Shown one piece after another: positions 24,111 through 36,664 of a DNA stretch of 64,000 nucleotides (the first letter of the stretch is position 1; every line of letters starts with the position of its first letter). Source of the stretch: Octopus vulgaris. Its lineage: Eukaryota. Below the pieces are notes generated by a model. That model was not told where the DNA came from and made no database searches. It saw nothing but the letters and a program-made list of their open reading frames with translations. The stretch spans positions 5,456,001 through 5,520,000 of the forward strand of contig OX597823.1 in NCBI GenBank assembly GCA_951406725.2, read 5' to 3'. The translations under genes were made by a program, and so were the position numbers.

Positions 24111-26328
24111 ATTTCAAGATGGTGAGCTTACTTGCATTATTGCAAACCATTAAAACATTTTCTGGTGGTGGAACAGATTAGTTTCAACAAAAGAGGTATG
24201 GAGGTATGTCATAAAAGGCAGTGTGTCCTTGCTTGTGGAATTCATCAAGGCAAGGGCAAGGGATGAAGTGATATGCCTTTGTTTTTCAATAAACTGAGGG
24301 GATTTACATATGCTTCAAAGGAGTAGTTGAAAGAAATTATGGTGAATGTGTGAAATGATGCAAGCTCCATCAGCCAACAGGGCATATGAAATTGTGTACT
24401 TTTTCAAGATTTTGAGAAGACACGGTGTCAGGCAAAGCAGGTGTCCCACATACACGTTGATGTCACAGTATATGGGGAGATGCAACACAATGGATGTGGT
24501 CAGAGACATTCCTACGATTGTTGACCCACGAGTAAACTGTGAAAAGATATGGAAGCTTTGACAATCAGTGAAAACCATAAGTTATCTAGGAGCTGTACTC
24601 AATTGTGTGAGTAGAAAGGAATGTAATCAAATGAGAAAGAAAGGGCAGAAAGTCCAGTTGCTTCTGGGAGTAAGATCCACCAGAGGGATTTTTACCCAGA
24701 AAAGTAGGAAAAGTAGAAAAGGAAAGAAGTAACAGCAGCAGTAGCTCTCAGAAATCCCTGCTCCAAGGGTACCACTGATAGCAACTCCAATGTTTGCAGA
24801 AGAAATAATTTGATCCTTAGCATCAGGAGCCAAGAACTAGGTTGAGCACTGAGAAGCAGAAGGGTTCTTTCCTCCAGCATAGAGACAACCAGTTGTATCA
24901 CCACATCATCTTGAAACTTTGGGGATGAACTAGCGGCCTGGTTAAGGATGGAATGGTATCATGCCGAAAAGAAAACCTAGATACAATAAAGATGGACAAA
25001 TCCATTCCAAAATCAAGTAAAGTATAAGGAACCCACTCCCATCTTTTAGGAGAGTATGAGGTTCACAGTTCTTAAAATTACCAACAAAGGTCATGGTTGA
25101 CTCACTGATGTACACACATTTACAATTTACATACACACACATGCATGTACACACACACATACACAACACACATTGTGTTGATATCCATGCTATAAAAGTA
25201 TAATCAAAGTCTTCTGTTTGTGACCATCTCACCCATTTCCTATGCACAGGAAACTCAGGTTCATATTATCCATATATCCATTTCTAAGACAATAGGGTAT
25301 GATTTGAAGGAAATATGGCTGCATGAAACAGCAGGGATGTTGGATAATATGTGTATTAATTTCTGTCACTTATATTCTGTGTTGTCAAACAGTCAACCAA
25401 AATCAAACTTAATAGCTATCTACATTTTAATTACTGTCTGTCTATCTGTCTGTCTGTCTATCTGTCTGTCTGTCTAGTTGTCTTTCTCTGCCTCTCTCTC
25501 TCATTTTCTCTCACAAATTTGGGACATAGAGACATATATAACACTTGTCAGATCTTTAAAAAGCTACAATATTAAGGAACTCATAATCAGGTTGCTTATA
25601 ACCTAAAAGGTTGAGGCAGAACAGATCTGTATAGTAATACGATTAACTGATTCTTACAATTAATTCTGAGAGGAATAATCAGTGAGTCATTTTGCAGCAT
25701 GTTTTTGATACTAGTGGTATCTATCTCTGTTTTTGTTTAGCTATCAAATCAGCTTTGCTCAAACAGACCTATGATCACAAAGCATTCCAGTCATGACACT
25801 CTTGTTTTTTCTTGTTTTTGTTTTTTTTTGTAGATATAATGTATCCAACATATCTTTCTTAAGACATTATGGTACAATCTGAGGGAGATATAGTCACTAA
25901 TTCAAGCAGGTCAACTGACTATGTAGAGCTATCTTTGTTGACTCTTTAAGATCACAGGAGAATTTAGTATTGCAAATTAATGAATTTTTCACTACCTTTG
26001 TGCTTTAAATTACATTTTCCAGTGGTGCATATTTGTAAATAGGCGAAGTGAATTAGCAAGAGCTTTCTCTCTGGCACAGAAACCATCATTTACATGAATT
26101 GTCACAATATAACACGTCTATCTTTTTGTCAGTAGGCCAAAACATCAATCAAATTTGCTTAGCATTCATTATATACTTTAGTGACAAAAATTTCCTTTAC
26201 AAACAATAATAAATAACAAACATTGCTAAATTTTTGTTGATCTACTAATTTTTCTTTTTATCTACTCAAAAATTATCTATCTATGCTTGCTTCATTTTTA
26301 ATTAAAAAAAAGCAAAATAAAAGAAAAT

Positions 26329-26467
26329 ATGTCAACAACGCAGTTGATAAGCATGGGAAATTACCCATCTGCTTTCTTCAATTACCCACTATATTCATTC
26401 TGAAGATATATTTAAAAGGACAGCACTACACATTTTGCTCCTGAATGCTTCACTAAACACAACCAAA
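26329..26467 (+). promoter_or_regulatory. LPMO-B proximal promoter/5' UTR
   Basis: Three mismatches versus 7748-7886; same TATA-like, TGATAAG and GGGAAATTACCC motifs. Confidence 0.55.
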
Positions 26468-26632
26468 ATGCTGTTGGTTTATTCTAGTTTGGTGTTTTAC
26501 GCTGGTTTGTTTCTGGGTGTCAAAGGTCATGGTCGACTGATGGACCCTCCTTCCCGGTCTAGTATGTGGCGTTTGGGGTTCAAGACTCCAGTCAACTATG
26601 ATGATATTGAACTGTATTGTGGTGGAATATCG
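26468..26632 (+). CDS. LPMO-B exon 1
   Basis: ATG 26468; TCG|GTAAAT donor. Confidence 0.9.
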
Positions 26633-27431
26633 GTAAATTATTTTCTATTTGTGTTAATCTCAGTCCCAGTTCTTTCCTTTATGCTTAAATTTGTTTGTTT
26701 TACTAAATTCTAGACATCACAATATGCAACCGTATGGATGCAATTAACATTGGATAAGATGAGTCTCTGTCATCAGGGTAGAGAAGATCTTACATTTCAG
26801 ATCTTAATGCAGAGAAGTTCAAGATCCTGGTTCAAGCAAACAATATTAAATGATAGGGAACATAAAGATTTGTTTAAGATAAACAATTATACAACATTAA
26901 GATCTGAAATGTTAAGATCTCTTCTAGCCTGATGATGGAGGCTCATCTTGTCCAATGTTCATTGCTTTCATTATGGTTCATTGCTTCCATTGCTACATCT
27001 ACCAACATTATTATGGATTTCCAATCCCCCAGAAACAGCTGTTGGACTTATAACACTTTTCTTCCCTTCCTTTCATTTTCTTTGTCATTTGTACTTTATG
27101 CAAGTTGGATCTATTAATATAAATATATTTATACTTAAAAATTCATCATCAGAAAGTCTTCACCTTTTGCTTTCTCTTGTTATGCATGAATACATATATT
27201 TGTATTTTGTAGTTCATACCAAACTATCATATTTAATATATCTAATATATGTAATATGTCTAATTTGTTTATCTGTATAATTGCTTCTATACTTGCTCAA
27301 CTTGATTCTTCTTATAGCCTTTCTTTATCTTAGGGAATCAATCTTCTGCAAACACATTAGAGTCTAAGTTTGAATCTTTTGAGCACTACTAAGTTTCATC
27401 TATACAGAGAATCTGTGGATCTCATCTGTGG

Positions 27432-27483
<52 letters not shown>

Positions 27484-30400
27484 ATATATATATATCAACA
27501 TCCTCATCCTCATCATCATCGTCATTTAACATGTTTTCCATGCTGACATGGGTTGGATAATATTTTAATGATGTTCTAGTCCTTCAATAAAGTGAGGGTG
27601 CAATAAACATGTAAAATGCTTAAAAGTTCATTGGAGAAAAATGAAATTTTCATGATCTTTGAGTATAACATACTATCCTCATTTTGTCAAAGTTCATTAA
27701 AACAAAGAATACAGAAAAGATTCTCAATATTAGATTTACAAAAGATTGTGCAACAGGTATCTTCTGAAGTTGATCTGGTTGACCACACCACTACCTAATC
27801 CAGGTATTAGCAAAGTGGTCTATGTTGACCCCTGGGAATCTGTGTGGCAGTCCATGAGTTCATAAACACCTGAAACAATTTTGAACGTTAAGGGTACTGA
27901 ATCATTATCAATATAATTTGACTGAACTTTTATTGTTCTTTATCAATTTCGCTAAGTATTTTCATTAAATTTCTTTAAATATTTCTTATTAAAAAGCAGT
28001 AATGGCACAAAAGAATGAAGGAATTATTATTTTTAAATCAAGAAATTTTTTATTAATAATATTTGTTAATTTTATTCTAGAAATTTAAACCATGGGGGTT
28101 AATAAGTTATTAATGATTCCATGAAGTGGTCAGTGGCATAAAAAGTTTGCCAACCTTTGGCGTAATAAAAGTAATTAATTATCTGACTTTTTCTATCTTT
28201 TTATTATTTATAGCGTCAATGGGAAAAGAATCATGGAAAATGTGGAATATGTGGTGACCCTTATGATGGCCCAAGAGAGAACGAAGCAGGTGGTAAATAT
28301 GCAACTGGAATCATCAGTCGCTATTATCATAAAGACCAAATCATTACAGTTGATGTTGACCTCAAAAACAACCACCTGGGTTGGTTTGAGTTCCGCTTGT
28401 GTCCAAACAACAATGTAAAGAAACCTGCCACACAAGAGTGCTTGGATAAATATCTTCTCCAACGTGCTGATGGTAGTGGTAGTCATATTAAAATTGGCCG
28501 AAAGACTGGCCATATTTACACCAAGTTAAGGTTGCCAGCTGGTCTCACCTGTTCTCAGTGTGTCCTCCAGTGGAAGTATCATACAGGTGAGGTTTTTAAC
28601 ATAACTTTATTTCTCTTTCTCCAAGTCCCAACTAGCCATCAGTACTCAGTAATTGAGCTGGTTGGCAACCAACCAATTTCCTAATATCAATAATCTATGT
28701 GGCCAGTGTTTACCTCCAGTTTTATAATAATAATAATAATAAAAACATTGTGTACATTGTGTGTAGCATTGAGCTACAAACGAGATGTTAATCATACCCT
28801 GGGTTGAACACTGGTCTACAACTAATAGATTTACACACAGAAGGAACTGAACTCAGTATTGCTGCAAGCTAACTACTCGTTTGTATATTACCAGTAATGC
28901 TGCTACTTGTTCTTAGTCTACTGTACTCCTATTTACAGCTAGTATGACTGAACCATTTGAAAATGAAGTGTTTTGGTCACAGTTATAATGAAGGGTCTAT
29001 GATAGGAAATGAAAGGACAACATATCAACTAGTTGTCTGCTGCCCTGTCTTCACAGCCATCTACACTCTCTTAGAATAACTGTCTTATTATTATAACTGT
29101 TTCTTAGGCAGTGAGCTGGCTGAAGAGTTAGAACCTTGGAAAAAATGCTTTCCAGTATTTGATCCGGTCCTTTCCATTCTATGTTCAAATACCATCAAAA
29201 TTAATTTTAACTTTCATCTTTTCAGGGTTGATAAAATAATATACTAGTCTGTTCTGGGAGCAATGTAATCAACTAAACTCCACTACTTCCATTAAAATTG
29301 TTGGCCTTGTGTCTGAATCAGAAACCATTATTAAGGCAGCAATGTGGTAAAATCATTAGCAACATTTCTTACAGCTCTTTACATTCTGAGTTCAAATTGC
29401 ACTAAGGTTAACTTTTCCCATCATCCTCTCAGGGTTGATAGAATAATGTATCAGTCTAGAAATGGAGTTGGTGTAACTGACTAACCAATGCTCCCCTTAA
29501 AATTGATAACTTTCAGAAGGAACTAAAAAGAATTATTGTAATTTTTGTTAAGCAAAATAATTAGTGCATCAGAGAAAATGCCTTGGGGAATTCTTTCCAG
29601 CTCCTTTTATTCTGAGTTCAAATCATACTGATGTCAACTTTGACTTTCATCCCTCCAGGGTCAACAGAATAAAATACCGGTCTAGCACTAGGGTCAATGA
29701 TATCCGTTAACTCCCCTTTCCACAAAACTGCTAACCTTGTGCCTAAATTAGAAACATTTATTATTATTATTGTTTCAACTTTGAAGATGAGAGAGATGTA
29801 TCTGATTGCATTTAGGATTCAGCAGTTTATATTGTATCATCTGTGCTGTGCTTACATTCTGTGTTAAGAGGCAAAATATTTCTATATCCAAAAGAGATCA
29901 AAGAACTGAGATAAGTGGTGCATTGCTGTACTCAAGAAAACCTGTCCACTACAACAAAACTGATATCCTAAATTCAAGGTGCTGCATAAAAAGCACTGGT
30001 GCTGGTACCACATAAAAAGCATTGGTGCTGATGCCACATAAAAAGAACTGGTGATGGTGCCATGTAAAAAACACTGGTGATGGTACCACATAAAAAGCAC
30101 CTAGTATAGTGTTAAGTGGTTGGCATTAGGAAGGGTACCAAGCAGTAGAAACCAAGCCAAAAACAGACAATGGAACTTGGTGCTGCCCCTGGCCTTGCCA
30201 GCTCCTGTAAGCTGTCCAACCCACGCCAGCATGGAAAACAGATGATGGCGATGATGATGATGATGATGATGAGAAGGAGGATGAATAACTGATATAAGTG
30301 TTGGTTGGTTGGTTGATTTCTCCAGTCAAGCTTCACATCATGTAGAATGAAAGTAAAAGAGGGGTACAAAGAGAGTCAACCTAAGAGATGCAAGTAACAA

Positions 30401-32738
30401 AGGGCCTCTTGCTCAGAGTGAAAGGTAGACTGTATAATGCATGTGTGCAAACAGCCATGCTACATGGCAGTGAAACATAGGCTAGCATGAAAAACATATG
30501 TTAAACAATGATGATGATGAATATGATAAGCTTGGTGTATGTAAAGGAACACTATACATACACAGTAAGAAAGAAATAAACTTGGGGAGGAGGGGGAGAA
30601 GGAGGTGGAGAAGGGGGAAAAGGTGGAGGAGGAGGAGGAGGAGGGGGACTGAATTTTGTGTTTTTCTTACATGCTGTTGAACTAATTATTTAATTGTCAA
30701 ATTATATCACATGCATGATTAGAAAGTTGAGCCAGTTCAGTTTGGTCATAGTTTCCCAAAATGTAACAGTGAAATTCTATCAAACAGTAGTGAGAACAGA
30801 ACCTTGTACCTTGGTGTTCATTCCTGCATTGTTGTTCATATAGTAGTTGTTTAGATAATTATTGCTAATTATTTAATTCTGTTTGTAGCATAATCAAGAG
30901 GATGATACAGAAATGTGTGCTTTTAAAAGAGGTAGAATGTAGGAAGAAAGAAATAGAATTTTTCTTCCCCCATCAATGTCTTATGGTTGAAGACTGGTTT
31001 CTGTCATGCTATAATTGGTTATTAAGATGAGATACATGAGACCTCAACATTGCTTCCTTCAAATAAGAACTTGAGCTTTACACTGCATGTTGACAAAATA
31101 CTTTCTTAGGTAAACTTACAATATCTTCTGGTACAATTTTACAACCAAATGAACTAGGCTGCTAAGCAAGTATCTTGTTTATGGATACAATATAGTATAG
31201 CCTTAATGACAAAATGCAAACAGCTGATGTTTGACATCTCTGATGCTCTGACATCACATTCCATTCAGCAGTCATCTGAAGGTCCTCATTCAATAGAAAG
31301 TAACAAACAAAATAGTACTTTACTTTAAAACATTAGTCACTGAAATATAGTTAAATAATACTCAATATTTGATATTAAAGTGTATAAGTGAAATAGAAAA
31401 ATGTCTACATGTGTAGTAGACTGATGAAACTTGAACTACACTTTTATTACTAGACAAGTGACCATCAATTATACTACAGAGTATCTCTGATACTTGGCAG
31501 ATGTTTTATTTTATTGAGCTAGGAGAAATGAAAGGCAAAGTTGACTTCAGTGGGATTTAAACTTAGCTGAAATAATGGTTCCTGATTTAGGCACAAAGCC
31601 AACAATGTCGAGGGGAGGATATTAATCAATACCATCAATTCCAGTACTTGACTGGTACTTTATTTTATTGACCTTGAAAGGATAAAAGTAAAGTCAACTT
31701 CAGTGAGATTTGAACTTAGAGTGTAAAGAGCTGGAAAAAAACAGCAAAGTATTTTTTCTGATACTCTTACAATGCTGTCAGCTTGATACCTTAACACCAG
31801 CTCAGTAATAATAATTCTTACTAATTTTGGCACAAAGCCAGCAATTTTGAGGGAAAAGGGAAGTCAATTCTATCAACCTAAGCAATTGACTGGTACTTTA
31901 TTTTATCTATCTCAAAATAGATGAAAAGCAAAGTCAACCTCAACCAAATTTGAACTCAGAATATAATGAGTGGGAAGAAATACTGCAAAGTATTTTTCTT
32001 AACACTCTAACAATTCTGTTGGCTTGCCTGATTAATCATTCTTAAATTAGTTATTGTCATTTGTTTCTGCTATTTTAACTGCAATAATTCATCTCCTCAA
32101 GATATGTCAGATAGTGCTAGCAAGATAGGTTATTCTTCTAATATGCAATGTAGTGAGTAGTTCCTACTTTAGTTTGATTTTACAAGAAAAATCTCATGAA
32201 CTGGATAATGAATAATGATTGATAACTGCTTTGAGAACCTGCCAGTGAGCCTGTTTGTCTTTGGTGTTTCCAGTCGGTACTTATTGTAATGCCAGATTAA
32301 AATATTAACATACTGACAGGGACTAACTGAGAAAAACACGTAAAAAATATATAATCTTGTAAATGAATATAAAAATAAATTAAGAAAAACATAAAAATAT
32401 ATTTAAAGAACTGCCTTTTTTTAGGTAACACATGGGGTAAAGGCGATAACTGTGTTGGAATGGGATGTTCTGAAGCACAAGAAGAATTCTATGGTTGTGC
32501 AGACATAGGCATCTTGGACAAAGGTGCACCAATTCCGTCAACAATACGTCCACGAACTCGCAGACCTCATATCCGCATCACTACCAGCCATGTACGAAAA
32601 CCATCACAGCCTACAAGACGCCCTGCAAGCTTCAAGAATTGCCATGCTATTGGTTCCTGGGTTGGTATCTATGATACCTGGTGCAAAGATTTCTGCCCAA
32701 AAGGTAGCTGTCCATCAAATATGTGTCGTTGTGACTGA
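26468..32738 (+). CDS. AA15-type lytic polysaccharide monooxygenase, paralogue B; join(26468..26632,28214..28586,32425..32738), 283 aa
   Basis: Open spliced frame of 852 nt with the same intron positions and phases as paralogue A. His1 follows VKG; KNNHLGWFEF; QEEFYGCADI; 6-Cys tail; AATAAA at 32746-32751. Confidence 0.93.
27801..28159. mobile_element. hAT-like MITE in LPMO-B intron 1
   Basis: CAGGTATTAGCAAAGT ... AAAAAGTTTGCCAACCTTTG: degenerate Charlie/MER5-like termini; no clear TSD. Confidence 0.45.
28214..28586 (+). CDS. LPMO-B exon 2
   Basis: Acceptor tttatag|CGT; donor ACAG|GTGAGG; 373 nt. Confidence 0.92.
29105..32030. mobile_element. SINE pile-up in LPMO-B intron 2 (three + copies at ~29105-29760, RTE-tail pieces at ~29870-30520, three - copies at ~31490-32030)
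   Basis: Repeated TTCTGAGTTCAAAT...TTTCATC...GGG.TGATA cores and GATGAAAGGCAAAGTTGAC cores. Confidence 0.7.
32425..32738 (+). CDS. LPMO-B exon 3
   Basis: Acceptor ttttttttag|GTAAC; in frame with ORF 32460..32738. Confidence 0.92.
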
Positions 32739-32764
32739 ATTCTGGAATAAAATGATTTCTGTAC

Positions 32765-32798
<34 letters not shown>

Positions 32799-33345
32799 GA
32801 GTGAGAGAGCAGTGCATGCCATCAAAGTGACACTGGGTAAAATATACGAAGCCTAGTATACCCATCTTGAGTACACGTCTGATAAGGGTACACCAGGCAC
32901 ATGCATCACAACCATGTGTGCGCGACATGGTGATCTCATATCAAGATAAACAGTGCATGACCTTGCAGGTGGGGCCATGTTAGAATTTTCTTCAGGTCAA
33001 GTAGTCCATCCTGCTCAAAAGGTCCCTGAATAAGGATTGTTTAAGGATGTTGAACGAACCACCCATGTTTCCAAAGGTGAATTATCCAAACCGCTAAGAA
33101 TTCCTTTCAACACATGGCTATGATGCTCCTCCACTACTTCTGCTCGTGGTCAGAGATGCACATATCGTCAGCCAGTAAGGGACATGCTCAACTGGTTATG
33201 GTCAAACAACTGACAAGCAAATCTGTGGTATTGAGCAGAATATTTGCTGTAGCCCATCTTTTATACCAAGACAAAACAATTATTATTATTATTACTATTA
33301 TTATTATTATTATTACTATTATTATTATTATTATTATTATTATTC
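32765..33345. repeat. ~480-bp unclassified insertion bracketed by (ATT)n tracts, just 3' of the LPMO-B poly(A) signal
   Basis: Higher-GC block (32800-33278) between (ATT)n at 32765-32799 and 33279-33343; no second copy in the window. Confidence 0.45.
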
Positions 33346-34400
33346 TATGTTTGACTTTTGCTTTACATTTGCACAAGCTGGCTCCAAGTCTCACCCAGAG
33401 GCCTCAAGAGACGAGTTGGAAGTTCATGTTGGTGTTATGCCTAGGGTGCCCATATATTTGGTTCTGTACTTAGTGTTGTACTAGTAAGTGTCTAAAAAAA
33501 CCATACAAAAATTATGTTTGTTTTAAAACTTGAGATTACATGGAAAGTATTTTGTGTAGGATATGAACAGTTCCCATGAGCACTATCTTATGAATTTCTG
33601 CCATTTTGGGGTTTCCTGGTATCTGAGTTAGGTAGTAATCAGCCCCTTTTGCTATCATTCCCAGGGCACCTATGGCAACAGGTATTGTTTTAGTCTTCAG
33701 GTTCCACATTTTGCTGATTTCTATTTCCCAATCTTTATATTTTCTCAGTTTCTGTTAGGTCTTGACAGATACGTTTATATCGATTGGGACAGTCATATCA
33801 ATGAGGAGGCATGTTTTTTGTCTGAAGTCTTTTACTATGATGTCTGGCCTATTCGCATCTATCTTTCAGTCAGTTTGAATGGTGAAGTTCCAGAGGAGTG
33901 AGGTGTGGTCATTTTCAAGCACTGGAGGTGGTTTGTGTTCCCCCCAGTTTTTATCATGGGGCAAGTCCAGGCTTTTGCAAATTACCCAGTGAATATATTG
34001 CGCAGCTCTATCATGCCTGTTGAGATACTCTGTAGGCACAAGAAGACTGCACTTGGAGACAACATGATCAATGGTTTCATTTTGTTGTTGACATACACGA
34101 CATGTTGGGCTACTGCTGTTCTTTAATATGTTGGCCTGGTAGTTCCTTGCAGGTAGGCATTGATCTTGAGCTGCTATGATAAACCCTTCTGTTTCAGATT
34201 TTAAGCCAGAGGTCATTAGCCATTGATGGGTCAGGGCTTTGTCAACATCTGCATTATTCGCTTTCTTTGGGTATTTGCCACTGAGAGGTTTTTCTTGCCA
34301 TTTATCATTCAGAATATCTAAGGCAGCAGTTTTAGCACGGGTTTTCATGCACTTAGCTTTTTCTGTGCTTGCTTCTTGTATGTCTAATTCTGATATTTGT
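33345..34400 (-). mobile_element. Dong/R4-like LINE 3' region (CCHC + RLE) ending in (TAA)n
   Basis: ORF 33866..34348: WL.TSGLKSETEGFIIAAQDQ, CRVC...ETIDHVVSKC, EYLNRHD; then NRPDII, LIDMTVP, VAIGALG. Confidence 0.85.
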
Positions 34401-34404
34401 TATA

Positions 34405-36460
34405 TTAGTTAGTTAGTTAGTTAAATTTTTGGCTCAAAAAGCAAAAAGCAAGGCCATGTAGGGGGACATGGAGTTATGTACGGGGTGGTGTTCATGCAAA
34501 GAGTTCAGGCCATTTGTGGTCAAGGGAGACTTTGAACCGAGCGGTCGTCGGCATCTTCACTATCTCATCCGGCAGCTTATTCCACGGATCCGCAACCCGG
34601 ACGGAGAAAGCCCCTCTCCTTCGATTGAGATGAAATCATCACAGATAGAGCTTTTCGGAGTGACCTCGCAGCCGACGCTCTGGAGCAGGAGTGAAGAACA
34701 GCTCTTTCGAGAGGTTACACTTTCCGCTTATGATGTTGTAAGCAAGAATGAGATCACCACAGCGTCGTCGTTTTTCTAAAGAATAAAGGTCGAGCGTCCT
34801 CAGCCTTTCTTCATAAGACAAATTATTGAGACCAAGAACCATGCGGGTTGCCAGCTTCTGGACTCTTTCGAGATGCTGTATGTCTTTGAGGAGATAAGTA
34901 GAAGAGGCTTGAATCCCATACTCCAATATGGGTCTCACCAGCATGACATAGAACGGTAGGAATATGGCTGCTGTGAGCATTCTGAATGACCGTCGAATCA
35001 AAAACAGAACTCTGCGTGCTTTGTTGGCAGCATGGACGCACTGGGCCGAAGGCGAAACAAAGAATCCACTAAGATACCCAGGTCCTTTACCTGGTCGGTT
35101 CTCTCCAGCAGCAGACTACCCGGCTCGAAATCAAGTTGAGTTGCACGAGAAGAGCCAACAAGCAGATGACAGCACTTTGACACGTTCAGACACAGATTCC
35201 ATTCATTAGACCATCTCCAAACTTGGTAGAGGCATCGACGAAGATCCTCTATATCACCGCGAGGAGCGACCAGTTTGACATCATCGGCAAATAGAAGGGT
35301 GTGTTGCGTGAGGTCGTCGGGCAAGTCATTTATGAAGACTAAGAACAATAAGGGCCCAAGCACTGAACCTTGAGGCTCGCACTGGAGACGTCGGACAGCG
35401 AGCCATTAACTTGGACTTGGAAGGAGCGATCTGAGAGGAAGGCACTAACCCATCATACAATATCCGGATGGAAACTATATGCTTGAAGCTTGACAAGTAA
35501 TAGGCGGTGGTTTACCGAGTCAAAAGCTTTGGCAAAGTCCAATAAAACGATGTCAACAGCATCACCATCATCGAGGATACGCGTCACCAATTCTTCCATT
35601 ACCAGTAAGTTGGTCAAGCATGATCTCTTCGGCATGAAGCCGTGTTGGGAATCAGAGATAGAGGCTGTGTTTTGGAGGTGGAGCAACATACTTTTTTTAA
35701 GGATGGTTTCAAACATCTTGCTGATTATTGAAGTAAGGGAAACCAGTCGGTAGTTAAGCGGGTCTTCGCAGCTCCCTTTCTTGAAAATTGGGCAGATTAT
35801 CGCTGTTCTCCAGTCCGCAGGTATAACGCCCGTCGCCAATGACATATTGAATAGAAGATGACCGGAGATGACCGGAGACAATGCTTTGATAACCTGTGGG
35901 TGTATGCCGTCAGGGCCGTGACCCTTGTTGACATCAAGGCCTTGAATAATGCGTTCGACTTCGTTCCGCGTGATGACCAATCTAAGCATTGTAGGTACCG
36001 ATCTATCAAATGGAGGGGGTTCACGACCATCATCTTGTTTGAAAATAGTTGAAAAAGCCTCGGCAAATAACTGACTCTGTTGATAAAGGTCCTCAATCGA
36101 TACACCTGTTGAGTCTACCAACGTTGCAATTTAGTTGTTCAAGCGGGAATTCCGTTGGACATGGGCAAAGAAGGTTTTTGGATTGCAACTGGCATTTGCC
36201 GCGATTCTGTATTCATATCTGAAGCGTTCTTCCTTTTCAATTTTCACGGCTCGGTCTCATTGAGTTTTGTACACCTCAAAAGCTGCAGTCGAATCTAGAT
36301 TTTTGAATTCAGCCCAAGCAATATCTCTGTTCTCGTTTAACCTTCTTCATCACCCAGGGCTTGTGTTTCTTCTTCTTGGGAAGCCCAACGGGAACTGATT
36401 GGTCAGTCAACCAGATTACATATGCTTTGAGGGACAACCATAGTTCGTTAACTGAGGACA
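34405..36460 (-). mobile_element. CR1-clade LINE, 5'-truncated and relatively young, with (AACT)n tail
   Basis: RT motifs GPDGI, NYRLVSLTS, QHGF, LDFAKAFDSV, PQGSVLGPLLF, LFADD, KDLG; C-terminal LERVQ..ATR...LSYEERL...RR..GDLI; CpG retained; few frameshifts. Confidence 0.92.
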
Positions 36461-36560
36461 TCGTTTATTTCAGATATTCTCATTTTAAAAATCATTTCTG
36501 GCCAATCTTTGAGAGTATGTTGGTGTTGCCTTAGAGGAGGTTTGCACACTCTGAGTGCTC

Positions 36561-36561
<1 letters not shown>

Positions 36562-36621
<60 letters not shown>

Positions 36622-36660
36622 TAATACCATTAACACTATTACTAAAGAAATCATTATTTT
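36562..36660. repeat. (ATT)n microsatellite
   Basis: Direct reading. Confidence 0.95.
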
Positions 36661-36664
36661 TACT

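Noticed and set aside
32421-32430. AG|GTAAC at the LPMO-B exon 3 acceptor resembling a recursive splice site
   Set aside because: Explained by the split Gly codon plus Asn; paralogue A has AG|GGAAC; the intron is short.
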